64,000 nt of DNA from positions 64,001-128,000 of IMG/VR virus record IMGVR_UViG_3300013004_000026; one strand, written 5' to 3'. Under the pieces are notes generated by a model. That model was given only the letters and a program-made list of their open reading frames with translations, made no database searches and was not told the origin of the DNA. Position numbers and translations under genes: made by a program. Origin of the DNA: a virus. Position 1 is the first letter of the stretch, and each line of letters opens with the position of its first letter. Of this stretch, positions 54,292-63,299 are shown piece by piece.

Positions 54292-54620
54292 TAGCCGTCT
54301 ACCTCAAGTTTGATTTGCAAGGGAAATCCGTTGTTTCTTGCCAGCAGTGTGGTTTCTATACCTTTTTGCTCGGCCAATTCAAAAGGATACACTGCTACAA
54401 CACCACTGCCTTCTTCATGGATTTGAACAGTTTTGGCTTCGGCAGCTTCGGGTCCGTATTTGAATATATTTTTCAAGCATTCAACAATAAATTCCATGGT
54501 AGTAATTTCATCATTGACAAAAATTACTTTGAATAGTTTTGGCTCTTGAACATTCAACTTTGGATCATGTTTCAAAGCATTTTCTTGTCTGGGCTTGATA
54601 GCAGTGTCGGTTGGCATCAT
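54291..54620 (-). CDS. clpS: N-degron adaptor ClpS
   Basis: FKVIFVNDEITTMEFIV, IHEEG, AEQK, FPL. Confidence 0.92.
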   Translation of the reverse strand: MMPTDTAIKPRQENALKHDPKLNVQEPKLFKVIFVNDEITTMEFIVECLKNIFKYGPEAAEAKTVQIHEEGSGVVAVYPFELAEQKGIETTLLARNNGFPLQIKLEVDG

Positions 54621-54670
54621 TTTCTTTCCAAAAGTAAAAGGCTACGAGTTGCCTCGTAGCCTACATTATA

Positions 54671-55123
54671 TTACTTAGAGAAAGTAATTGCAACCTTCTT
54701 GGGTTTTTGTGTTTCCGGAACTTTGTGTTCCAGAGTCACAGTGAGAATGCCATTGGCCACACCAGCACCTATCACTTCCACACTTTCATTTAGTGGAAAC
54801 ACTCGTTCAAAGTTACGAGTGGCCAGGCCGCGATGTAGATATTGCCAGGTTTCTTCACTGTCGCGCTTGCGTTCACCCCGAATGGTCAGCACACTCTGTC
54901 CATAAGTATTTGTCACAGTTTCAATGTCTAATTCATTTTCCAAAAAGCCAGCCACTGCCATTTCGATAATGTATCTATTATCACCTGTGCGAATGATATT
55001 GTGCGGTGGGTAGTTTTCTTGTTTGCTCACTTGGAAAGAGCGTTGAATCTCTTCAAACAGTTGGTCAAAACCAACAAAACTGCGATGTAGGGTGGGTAGA
55101 TCTAGAGTTACATAAGTGGTCAT
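54671..55123 (-). CDS. small heat-shock protein Hsp20 (IbpA-like)
   Basis: VGFDQLF, YPPHNI, IEMAVAGF, YLHRGLATRNFER, NGIL, IXI-like KVAI. Confidence 0.95.
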   Translation of the reverse strand: MTTYVTLDLPTLHRSFVGFDQLFEEIQRSFQVSKQENYPPHNIIRTGDNRYIIEMAVAGFLENELDIETVTNTYGQSVLTIRGERKRDSEETWQYLHRGLATRNFERVFPLNESVEVIGAGVANGILTVTLEHKVPETQKPKKVAITFSK

Positions 55124-55190
55124 TTTATTTTCTCCTTTAAGCAAAATATGACTTGTAAGACCCCGTAGGCATCTTACATTTTATTTATAC
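55121..55190 (-). promoter_or_regulatory. late promoter + ROSE-like RNA thermometer
   Basis: TATAAATA, hairpin tgtaagat..tcttaca, then UUUGCU-uaa-AGGAG pairing over the SD. Confidence 0.6.
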
Positions 55191-55223
55191 TACATAAAAC
55201 TGCATAAGTCAAGTATTTTGATA

Positions 55224-55460
55224 CTAATAACTTTTTGGAGGCAAAGCATCGCTGGCTAATTTTTTGAGCCAGCGTCTACGAGCTGCACTTTTGGCTTTTT
55301 TCCTGGCCGTAGTAGGTTTTTCATAAAATTCACGCTCGCGCAGTTCTTGCAGTAACCCGCTTTCGGTAACTTTCTTTTTGAATTTGCGCAGTGCTTTTTC
55401 CACTTGGTCGTTGACCACTTCTACTCGTAAACCAGACAATTGGTTAGACTTAAATCTCAT
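55224..55460 (-). CDS. rpsU: ribosomal protein bS21
   Basis: VEKALRKFKKKV..SGLLQELREREFYEKPTTARKK; AGGAG SD. Confidence 0.93.
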   Translation of the reverse strand: MRFKSNQLSGLRVEVVNDQVEKALRKFKKKVTESGLLQELREREFYEKPTTARKKAKSAARRRWLKKLASDALPPKSY

Positions 55461-55467
55461 AATTCTC

Positions 55468-56658
55468 CTATTGAGCAACAGTATTAATTATCATCGATTC
55501 ATCAATGATTAAATCTTTAATGCCTTCTTTTTTCAGCTGAGTCATATTGAACAGCAAAGGCATCATGGTTGTTTCTAAAACAGCTTTGAGTCCTCGAGCA
55601 CCTATACCCATGGCATGAGCCTGTTGAGCAATAGCAAGTACTGCACTGTCATCAAACTGTAATTCAATTCCGTCTGTTTGAAAAAAGAACTGCATCTGTG
55701 CCAGTAGACTATTTTTTGGTTCTAATAACACTCGCATTAGATCTTCTAAATTCAAACTATGCAATGGTACCGTGACTGGAAACCTTCCAACAAATTCTGG
55801 AATCATGCCATAGCGCATGAAATCTTCAGCTGTGGCGCTGTCTGTGTGATTGGTTGTTTGCAAGTTAGTAAACCCAATGCTGCTGCCGCGTAATCGTTTG
55901 GCAATAATACCATCAAGCCCGTCAAAGGCTCCGCCGGCCACAAACAATATATTACTTGTATCAATTTCAACTGTTTCCAAAGCTGGATGCTTTTTATTTC
56001 CATTCATTGCAACACGACATTTTGTTCCTTCAACCATTTTAAGCAATGCCTGTTGTACACCTTCGCCCGACACATCTCTATGAAGACTAGCACTTTCACT
56101 CTTACGGCCAATTTTATCAATTTCATCAATAAACACAATGCCCTGCTCGCAGCGTTCTACATCATTGTCTGCTTCAGATAGCAAACGGCCAACCAAGGTT
56201 TCCACATCCTCGCCAACATAGCCGGCTTGTGTGAGGCTGGTAGCATCTGCAATTACAAATGGCACATTCAAATATCGTGCAATTGTTTTGGCCAACAGAG
56301 TTTTGCCAGACCCAGTAGGACCATAAAATAACAGGTTACTTTTTTCAATTTCAATTTTAGGTTTGAAAAACACTCGTTTGTAGTGATTGACCACAGTAAC
56401 GCACATGGCTATTTTGGCGGCGTCCTGCCCCACAATGTAGGTATCTAGAAATCGTTTGATTTTTACAGGATCAAGAGCTCGGCTGATTTTTTTATCAGAC
56501 TTGATATTTTCAATGCGTTCTTTGTCAAGAATGTTGGCACACAGTTCAATGCATTCATTGCAAATTGCAGCTTCATTGGCCACAATCAGTTTGTCAACTT
56601 CACTGCGAGCCTTGCCGCAAAAATCGCAGCTCATGTGCTGCACTTGATTTTCAGCCAT
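55468..56658 (-). CDS. clpX: ATP-dependent Clp protease ATP-binding subunit
   Basis: C4 zinc finger, GPTGSGKT, GYVGEDVE, IDEIDK, DVSGEGVQQ, IGF loop, GARGL. Confidence 0.97.
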   Translation of the reverse strand: MAENQVQHMSCDFCGKARSEVDKLIVANEAAICNECIELCANILDKERIENIKSDKKISRALDPVKIKRFLDTYIVGQDAAKIAMCVTVVNHYKRVFFKPKIEIEKSNLLFYGPTGSGKTLLAKTIARYLNVPFVIADATSLTQAGYVGEDVETLVGRLLSEADNDVERCEQGIVFIDEIDKIGRKSESASLHRDVSGEGVQQALLKMVEGTKCRVAMNGNKKHPALETVEIDTSNILFVAGGAFDGLDGIIAKRLRGSSIGFTNLQTTNHTDSATAEDFMRYGMIPEFVGRFPVTVPLHSLNLEDLMRVLLEPKNSLLAQMQFFFQTDGIELQFDDSAVLAIAQQAHAMGIGARGLKAVLETTMMPLLFNMTQLKKEGIKDLIIDESMIINTVAQ

Positions 56659-57013
56659 AATTTTTGATAAAGAAGTCCATGGGTGACTCTATCTTTTGCT
56701 TGTTTGCCAAGAAAGACTTGTTTCCGTAGTAGTACACATTTGGTGCTTTGAGCAACTGTTTCTTTATGTGATCCACTGCGCTGTTTGCTGTGTTTAGAAT
56801 AATTGTGTCAACACTGTTAATGGCCTGTACTAGCCAGATTTCATCCAACATGATGTCACTGTAGATGTAAACATTGAGATTCAAGGGTGCAGTTTTGCAC
56901 CACAGAGCAAGGGTATCAATGTCATTCCAGTCTGCATCAATGATAAGCACTGACGGAAAGTCATCATCAACAAAGTCTGGTGGAGTTACAAAATTACTAT
57001 AATGTTGTGTCAT
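56651..57013 (-). CDS. hypothetical protein
   Basis: ORF track; start re-called at MTQHYS. Confidence 0.65.
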   Translation of the reverse strand: MTQHYSNFVTPPDFVDDDFPSVLIIDADWNDIDTLALWCKTAPLNLNVYIYSDIMLDEIWLVQAINSVDTIILNTANSAVDHIKKQLLKAPNVYYYGNKSFLANKQKIESPMDFFIKNYG

Positions 57014-58937
57014 TGCGTTTGAGATGTTGTTCAATTTCATCTTTTTCAGTTTGACTTAGATCATCCACATCAGTTTCACCTTTGCGAATGCTGTCAATCA
57101 AATGTTCGATATACGCTTGGTTGTAGGCCAATCTGTCATTGCCAGTTTTATCAATTTCAATCCACTTGCTGTTGTTCCATTTGAACAGTCTGCTTGGCAA
57201 ATAATCTACTCGTAGAAAAATGTCACCTTTTTGCGGACTGGCAGGAAATTCAATTCCAAAATCTGCGTTCTCGTTGTGATCTGTGACTGGTGCTGTGTAC
57301 TTGCTAAAATAGCGTTGTTCGTAACCTAGTTTTGGATCATAGTTTGTTTCTTCGCCTGCTATGATTTGTTCTGGAGCAGGTGGCTCTGGGTCGGGCATTT
57401 GAACAACTATTTCTTCAGCCACTTCTTCCACCAGTACTGGAGGAGGCAGAGGAATCTGTGTCAATGCTGCATTTAATTTTTCGTTGCGTTCTTGTGCCAG
57501 TGCCACTGCTGCCTGCAAATCAGATTGCAAACTTTCAATGTATTGTTTTAACTGTGCCACTTCGGTGTCACTGTTGGTAAGCTGTATGCGCAGTTTGGCC
57601 GCTGTGTTATTGGCAGTGATTAGATCTTGTGCAAGTTGTGTTTTATCAGCAGTCAAGTCTTGATTGGTTGCTGTGGTAGCGTTTATGGCAATCTGCAGGT
57701 CGCTCTTGACCTGTTCGGCCTGTGCCAATTGAGCTTCAAGTTCTGCTCGGCGCTGTTCAGTTTCAGTGACTCTGGCCTCTACTTGCAAAAACTCTTGAGC
57801 AAGATTATCTAAAAATTCCTGTTGCTCGCGCACTTTGACTGCCAACTGTTCTTCAGATTCTGACACTGTTTTGGCTTGTTCTACCATGGCATCGACATCT
57901 ATTGCAGAATCAATCTCAGCCAGTTTTTCATTGGCTTCTTGAGTCAGGCGTTCAGCTTCTTCTGCGTCCAGGGCCTTGGCAATCATCCGGCCGCGCCAGA
58001 AAAAGCGTTCAACTTCTTCAAGTTCTTTCTTCTCGCGTTCTTCCTCTGAAAGAGGATGTTCTTGTTCGGTTATTTCTGCTGGCTCTGGTGCCTGTACAGG
58101 ACTTTTTTCTTTTGGTTCAAACACCGTGCGTTCAATTGGGCCTGGCCGGTCTTCTTCATCATGTATCCAACCGCCGCGACCTTGCCTAGCCCATTCCAGT
58201 TGTTTGTTGCCTGCGAGAATGAGTGTGAGAGCCAACGGATCAAACACAATAACAATCAAGATGATCACCCAGCGCACTGCGGCTTCCAGCATGTTCTGGC
58301 TGGCAGCATCTCCGTAGATCAGGGCCGCAATGTATTTGATAGGCCCAACTTCTGCCTCCACTTTTCGGAATTCAGCTCGCAGTGGCGCGGCCTCTTGGCT
58401 AAGGGCAGTAATAGTTTTCTGTTCGGCCTGGATCTCAGACTGAAGTCTGACTCGTTCTTTCTGCTGTGAGCGACGGATTTGCACAGCCTTATCGGCACCT
58501 TTTTCATCACTGCTTCGGCCCATGACCTGGTCCACAGCTTCATCCATCTGTTTAAGAGCTTTACGATTGGCCTCAATATTGTCTTTGGAGATTTGAATTT
58601 TTTCATCATATATGGCAACCCGAGCCATGGCGTCACCTGACACTAGACTTTGGTCACCGTGTGCTTTGGAGAGGAATCCAAAGATGCCCATGCTTGTGAG
58701 TAGCATGAGGAATATGATAGCAGGAATGAGATACAGCTTGAATGCCATGCCGACCCGCTGCCAGTTGTTGTGCAACCAAACAGTTGCTACAATTTTACCT
58801 GCTTCTAGTGCACCGCCCATGATCATGACGGGAACAACTGCGGCTGCAAAAATGGCTGTGAGACCTACCACTGAATAGTAGGCAGCAATGGCTGAGATTA
58901 GTACAGCCACTATGAGAATTAGGTATCCAAAGATCAT
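56997..58937 (-). CDS. multi-TM, coiled-coil phage membrane protein
   Basis: AAYYSVVGL..LEAGK..TSMGIFGFLSKAH, EVGPIKYIA, VFDPLA; C-terminal FPASPQKGDIFLRVD. Confidence 0.8.
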   Translation of the reverse strand: MIFGYLILIVAVLISAIAAYYSVVGLTAIFAAAVVPVMIMGGALEAGKIVATVWLHNNWQRVGMAFKLYLIPAIIFLMLLTSMGIFGFLSKAHGDQSLVSGDAMARVAIYDEKIQISKDNIEANRKALKQMDEAVDQVMGRSSDEKGADKAVQIRRSQQKERVRLQSEIQAEQKTITALSQEAAPLRAEFRKVEAEVGPIKYIAALIYGDAASQNMLEAAVRWVIILIVIVFDPLALTLILAGNKQLEWARQGRGGWIHDEEDRPGPIERTVFEPKEKSPVQAPEPAEITEQEHPLSEEEREKKELEEVERFFWRGRMIAKALDAEEAERLTQEANEKLAEIDSAIDVDAMVEQAKTVSESEEQLAVKVREQQEFLDNLAQEFLQVEARVTETEQRRAELEAQLAQAEQVKSDLQIAINATTATNQDLTADKTQLAQDLITANNTAAKLRIQLTNSDTEVAQLKQYIESLQSDLQAAVALAQERNEKLNAALTQIPLPPPVLVEEVAEEIVVQMPDPEPPAPEQIIAGEETNYDPKLGYEQRYFSKYTAPVTDHNENADFGIEFPASPQKGDIFLRVDYLPSRLFKWNNSKWIEIDKTGNDRLAYNQAYIEHLIDSIRKGETDVDDLSQTEKDEIEQHLKRNDTTL

Positions 58938-59008
58938 ATGATATTTACCAAGGGTTTGGCACTATATTACACGATTTATCAGGCTAGTGCAACTCAAACG
59001 GTAAATTA

Positions 59009-60472
59009 TCAAAACTCAATGGTGCGTATTTTTGTTGTGATTTGCCAATCAATGGTACTGGTGACTGCTGCGCCCGTGGGTGCTTCTAGTCGTAGCACCA
59101 GATCCTGGCTGCCGGCTGTGACATTAGCTTGAAGAAAAACCTTGCTGGCATTCACGGCGCCGGCTGGCCAATTGGTCGCATCTGAATTGTACGCAGTTTC
59201 CTGCAACACCTGATCCAACACAGTCCAATTGCCGGTGCTTGATGCATAGCTGATGGTGGCAATCCATCTCTTGCGTAGGCGTTTGACCACTGGTGGATTT
59301 ACCGCAGGATCTGTTACATAGACTCCTTGCACATGAAATTCCACATCTGATTGCTGATTGTTGGTGTAGGCCAGTGGAAAACCTCCCAGGGCTGAGTGAT
59401 ACGCAGTGAGACTGATGTTGGCTCTGTCACCGCCTGCAAAGCCGGCGTAAGTTTGAGTAAATTTATGGGCCACAACCACTTCCCTGAAGGAGTCTAACTC
59501 TCCACCATATTCAGTCCACTGGGAAGTGATTGCTGGGCTGATTGTGTAGGTTCCGGTACTGCTGTCATTCATCACAGGGTCAAAAGATCGTCCAAGGCCT
59601 GTGGAAGAAATCCTTCCGGCCACGGACTGGTTATACCCGACGGTGGCTCCAAATGTACCTTGCGAATTGCTTCTAAGATTCAAAACCAGGGTGGTACTGC
59701 CGGATCTTGCTGTGTAATGAGTCATTTCAGTCTGCCCCACAACACCTGATCCAATTACCGAAATTCTTGCACGAGTACCTGCTGATCCGCCGCTGGCATC
59801 TTCTCCTGCAAAGTCTATGTTGCCATAAATCTCGCCACTGGTCACTGTGGTGTCAGGCGAACGCACGAATTGTATGGTAGTTGTGTCCGTGCCAGTCATG
59901 ATCAAATTGCCACTGGCATTGATGTTGCCTACAGAAATATTGCCTTCGCCTACAAAAACATTACTGGCTATCACACCTCCATTGGCCAAGATATTGCCAG
60001 TGATATAATCAATATTTGATTGTATGGCTTGCACATTGCTGTAGGTGGCACTGATGTTGGCATTGGCTGCACTGACATTGTTTTGTAAACTTATGATGTT
60101 GGCATTGGCCAAAGAGATGCTGATATTAGCGGCAGCTATGTTACTTTGTAAACTTGCAATGTTTAGGTTAGCTGCGGTTGTATTGGCATTGATGCTGGTG
60201 ATAGTGGGATCAACAGGTAAGTAAGCAGCCACAACAACATTGCCATAACTGCCCGCCACAATAATAGCAGATGTTAAGCCTGCGTCTACATAGGTTTTCA
60301 TGCTGCTGTTTGCTGAAACAATGGCTGCATTGGCTGCATTGACATTGCCGATCATGTCGGTGGCAAAAGTGGCCAGGTTAAGTGCAGAGTTTCCAATGGC
60401 CAGTTGTCCATACACCGTGGTACTACCTATTACTCTCAAATTGCCTGCTACGCTGTAATCTTGTTGTGCCAT
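59009..60472 (-). CDS. putative virion fibre/structural protein
   Basis: N/A/I-rich heptads (ANANI), GNI repeats, beta-rich C-terminus. Confidence 0.65.
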   Translation of the reverse strand: MAQQDYSVAGNLRVIGSTTVYGQLAIGNSALNLATFATDMIGNVNAANAAIVSANSSMKTYVDAGLTSAIIVAGSYGNVVVAAYLPVDPTITSINANTTAANLNIASLQSNIAAANISISLANANIISLQNNVSAANANISATYSNVQAIQSNIDYITGNILANGGVIASNVFVGEGNISVGNINASGNLIMTGTDTTTIQFVRSPDTTVTSGEIYGNIDFAGEDASGGSAGTRARISVIGSGVVGQTEMTHYTARSGSTTLVLNLRSNSQGTFGATVGYNQSVAGRISSTGLGRSFDPVMNDSSTGTYTISPAITSQWTEYGGELDSFREVVVAHKFTQTYAGFAGGDRANISLTAYHSALGGFPLAYTNNQQSDVEFHVQGVYVTDPAVNPPVVKRLRKRWIATISYASSTGNWTVLDQVLQETAYNSDATNWPAGAVNASKVFLQANVTAGSQDLVLRLEAPTGAAVTSTIDWQITTKIRTIEF

Positions 60473-60590
60473 TTTTGCAATCTGATTAGTTCACTGTCAC
60501 AGCAACATAACATCCTGCTGCCAAGGCTGTGAAACAAGTGTAGTCGAGGTGGAATGCAATATTCATAATGTTGTCCTGTTTGGGTATTTA

Positions 60591-61247
60591 CTAAATTTTT
60601 TCGCCAATAAAAATGTGACTTTGTCTTTGTGATACCCAAGTATTGCTGTTAGTTGATCCGTAACCTGTGTTGATTGCTGAGCGTATACCCGCATCCAGTC
60701 CCGATGCATCATATACTACCAACACCGCAATGCGGTCACTGGCCACTGCACCCAACGCACTTGCTAGTGCGGCGCGGGCTCCTGGTGCTCCACCTGTATC
60801 CCATGTATCATACTGGGTAGGACCAGAAACGACATCACCGTATGAATCTAGCACTACCAAAGTATGTCCACGCAGGGCTGTATTTGCCACTGTAATATCG
60901 TTGACCACAATTCTGGCATTTTGATAACTGGGAACATCGTAGGTTGATGACTCGGCATAGATCTTGTTACCACTCACATACTGTGTGGTTGATATTGCTA
61001 CATTTGTGCCAAATGCTTCGTAGAATGTAAATGTGGATACTGTTTCAATCCACGGGCGTCCAACTACAAGTCCGCCTGCATTGGGATTGTTAATTATGGC
61101 ATTGCTGTTAAACTGTGTGGGTAACAATGTCAAATCATAAGTTGCTCTAGGGTCGCCTACAGCGGCTCTGTTGGCAGCGGCCAGATCCAATTTGGCCTTT
61201 TGCCTAAGCTCTTTTGTTGCCAGTGTCGATATGCCGTTTGCAGCCAT
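60591..61247 (-). CDS. putative virion protein with ILEI/PANDER-like domain
   Basis: RGHTLVVLD..YDTW..ALASAL..AVLVVYDAS; TAAATA promoter. Confidence 0.6.
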   Translation of the reverse strand: MAANGISTLATKELRQKAKLDLAAANRAAVGDPRATYDLTLLPTQFNSNAIINNPNAGGLVVGRPWIETVSTFTFYEAFGTNVAISTTQYVSGNKIYAESSTYDVPSYQNARIVVNDITVANTALRGHTLVVLDSYGDVVSGPTQYDTWDTGGAPGARAALASALGAVASDRIAVLVVYDASGLDAGIRSAINTGYGSTNSNTWVSQRQSHIFIGEKI

Positions 61248-61313
61248 TATTTTATTCCCTGATAAGAGTATTTATGGTGTTGACTGTTTGAACTGTTTAT
61301 GTTATATTCAGGC

Positions 61314-61883
61314 ATGAACATCCAAACTTTGCCCACTCTGCTGGAATCAGCTGAAATCACCTGCCCAAGTTCGGGCAATCAACGAGCCTACGCTGATCTA
61401 ATAGAAGAAAGTGCTTGTGCCATTGCGCAGAATCAATTTGCCGAACAGTATCGCAAGTCGCGTTCGGTCAAAAGCACCGAGGATTTTGCCTTGATTGAAA
61501 ACGGGCGCACCATCTACATTGATGTAAAAACTCGTCAGCTGGGCACGGATCTAAACATGCCCAACATGATCAGTGTGGACAAGTTAAACAAACTGTTGGA
61601 TGATGTTGACACAGAATTGTACTACTGGATGATTGACTATGAAGTGCGTGAGGATGGCTCTGCACAGGTCACGCATACCGAAATGCGAGCTGTATGGGAC
61701 TTGCCCTGGTCGGCCCTGGCTATTCAAAACCTTGGGCTAGGGCAGTTGCAAATTGCCAATTGGTCTGCAATGAATCAACCCGGCTTGCCCAGGGCCGCAT
61801 GGCATGCACAACTCAAACAGGAAATGCGGGCATTTTACACCCGTCAAGCTCAAAAGTTCCTGGATTTGGCCAGCAAAATCTAG
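61314..61883 (+). CDS. PD-(D/E)xK nuclease, leaderless
   Basis: EDFALIENGRTIYIDVKT; TTGACT-N17-TATATT with ATG 5 nt downstream. Confidence 0.65.
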   Translation: MNIQTLPTLLESAEITCPSSGNQRAYADLIEESACAIAQNQFAEQYRKSRSVKSTEDFALIENGRTIYIDVKTRQLGTDLNMPNMISVDKLNKLLDDVDTELYYWMIDYEVREDGSAQVTHTEMRAVWDLPWSALAIQNLGLGQLQIANWSAMNQPGLPRAAWHAQLKQEMRAFYTRQAQKFLDLASKI

Positions 61884-61892
61884 CACAAAAAC

Positions 61893-62017
61893 TGTTGCAA
61901 AAAAGTAACACTTTTGTACTACTTTTAGCCCTGCAAAATCAACAGGTTAGTGGGCACTAACTTAGCATTTTTGCAACAATTCAAACGGTTGACCGTTTTG
62001 GCCCGTTTTGCTATAAT
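61893..62017 (+). promoter_or_regulatory. early promoter with two 18-bp palindromes
   Basis: TGTTGC-N6-GTAACA (61893-61910); CTTAGC-N6-GCAACA (61961-61978); AAACGG-TTGACC-N17-TATAAT. Confidence 0.8.
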
Positions 62018-62023
62018 AATGAC

Positions 62024-62350
62024 ATGAACTTACAAAAGCCCACTCGCAAAAGACGCCAGGACACCAACCATGCTGTTTACTGTATTACCAATACAGTGAC
62101 AGGTGCTCAGTACATTGGCATCACAGTATGCGGTGGCAATGTACGCAAGGCACTCAAAGTGCGCATCCAAAAACATGTTCGCCGCGCTGTTACAGAAAAC
62201 AAAGATTGGGAATTGTGCAAGAGCATCCGTGAATACGGTACACTTGCACACACCTATGGACTTGTTGAAATTGTGCGTGGCCGCAAGCCAGCTCATGCTC
62301 GTGAGCGCGAACTGATCCGTACTTACAACCCTCAACTCAACTCACACTAA
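62024..62350 (+). CDS. GIY-YIG nuclease-domain protein, leaderless
   Basis: AVYCITN..QYIGIT, R..KH, ERELI, LN. Confidence 0.8.
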   Translation: MNLQKPTRKRRQDTNHAVYCITNTVTGAQYIGITVCGGNVRKALKVRIQKHVRRAVTENKDWELCKSIREYGTLAHTYGLVEIVRGRKPAHARERELIRTYNPQLNSH

Positions 62351-62359
62351 GGAGGCAAT

Positions 62360-62593
62360 ATGATCACAATTGATCCACGAGCCATAGCAGAAAAGTTTAT
62401 CCGCCACGGTGGTGCGTTTGATCGTGGCAGTGCAGACAGCTACTACCATCGTCCGGCCCGTCCGCATTACTTTGCAGGTGATACCTATGCAAGTGATCCT
62501 ATCACTGCCGAGCCCGGCTCGCCTGAATACGAAGCCTACATGGCAGGCTATGAGTACAACGAAGCACACGGTGACAAAAAAGACTGGGGTTAA
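62360..62593 (+). CDS. hypothetical protein (RHGGAFDRGSADSYY family)
   Basis: AAGGAGG SD. Confidence 0.8.
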   Translation: MITIDPRAIAEKFIRHGGAFDRGSADSYYHRPARPHYFAGDTYASDPITAEPGSPEYEAYMAGYEYNEAHGDKKDWG

Positions 62594-62594
62594 C

Positions 62595-62795
62595 ATGTCC
62601 TACACTGTTTTCAAACACAATCAAGAATACGGCCCCCGCAAGGGGCTGGAAGGTCCGTTTCATTTTGCCAATGGACGAGTGTTGTACTACGATGTCCGAG
62701 CAGGCGAGTACTGGGATCCCCGCACCGACTTTTATGTTGAGCGCGAGGAAGTGGACATGCTACACTGCATGACTGTTGAACTACTAAGGGCTTGA
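62595..62795 (+). CDS. hypothetical protein (GLEGPF..YYD..GEYWDP family)
   Basis: C-terminal part of track ORF 62409..62795. Confidence 0.75.
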   Translation: MSYTVFKHNQEYGPRKGLEGPFHFANGRVLYYDVRAGEYWDPRTDFYVEREEVDMLHCMTVELLRA

Positions 62796-62796
62796 T

Positions 62797-63012
62797 ATGA
62801 ACATTGAGATTCAAGGACTCACACCCAAACAAATGGCGCTGGCAGACATCATGTGGGCTATCAGTAGCCGCGAAGGCGTGGAGAGCTTTATTAGCACACT
62901 GCCCCGATCGGATCAGCGTGACTGCCGTACCATAATTGAACTCATGCAATTGGCGTTCGCAGATGAGATCACGGATACCACAGAAGCACAAGAACTGCTA
63001 TCACAGTTTTAA
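62797..63012 (+). CDS. hypothetical protein
   Basis: ORF track. Confidence 0.7.
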   Translation: MNIEIQGLTPKQMALADIMWAISSREGVESFISTLPRSDQRDCRTIIELMQLAFADEITDTTEAQELLSQF

Positions 63013-63031
63013 CTGCACAACACAAAACAAC

Positions 63032-63055
63032 AAGCCCGCTTCGGCGGGCTTTTTT
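63032..63055 (+). terminator. intrinsic terminator
   Basis: aagcccgc-ttcg-gcgggctttttt. Confidence 0.85.
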
Positions 63056-63059
63056 GTGA

Positions 63060-63299
63060 CTAGTGTATGGTGCCGTCTGTATCAAAGTCCAGCATGTTGA
63101 TGTCTTTGATTCCTAATACCTTGAGAATCTTCTTTACCACTGGTGGGGGATTGAGATTGAATTCGTTGGGCGTGAACATGTGTTTGAGTTCGCCGTCGGG
63201 CCCAATAATAAACCCGTAGTCGTTTTCGTCAGCAAGGTCTTCCAGTGCCTCAAGTTCTTCTACTTCTACTTCTTGGTCTTTTTGAATTTTGTTGGTCAT
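63060..63299 (-). CDS. acidic hypothetical protein
   Basis: ORF track; GGAGG SD. Confidence 0.7.
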   Translation of the reverse strand: MTNKIQKDQEVEVEELEALEDLADENDYGFIIGPDGELKHMFTPNEFNLNPPPVVKKILKVLGIKDINMLDFDTDGTIH

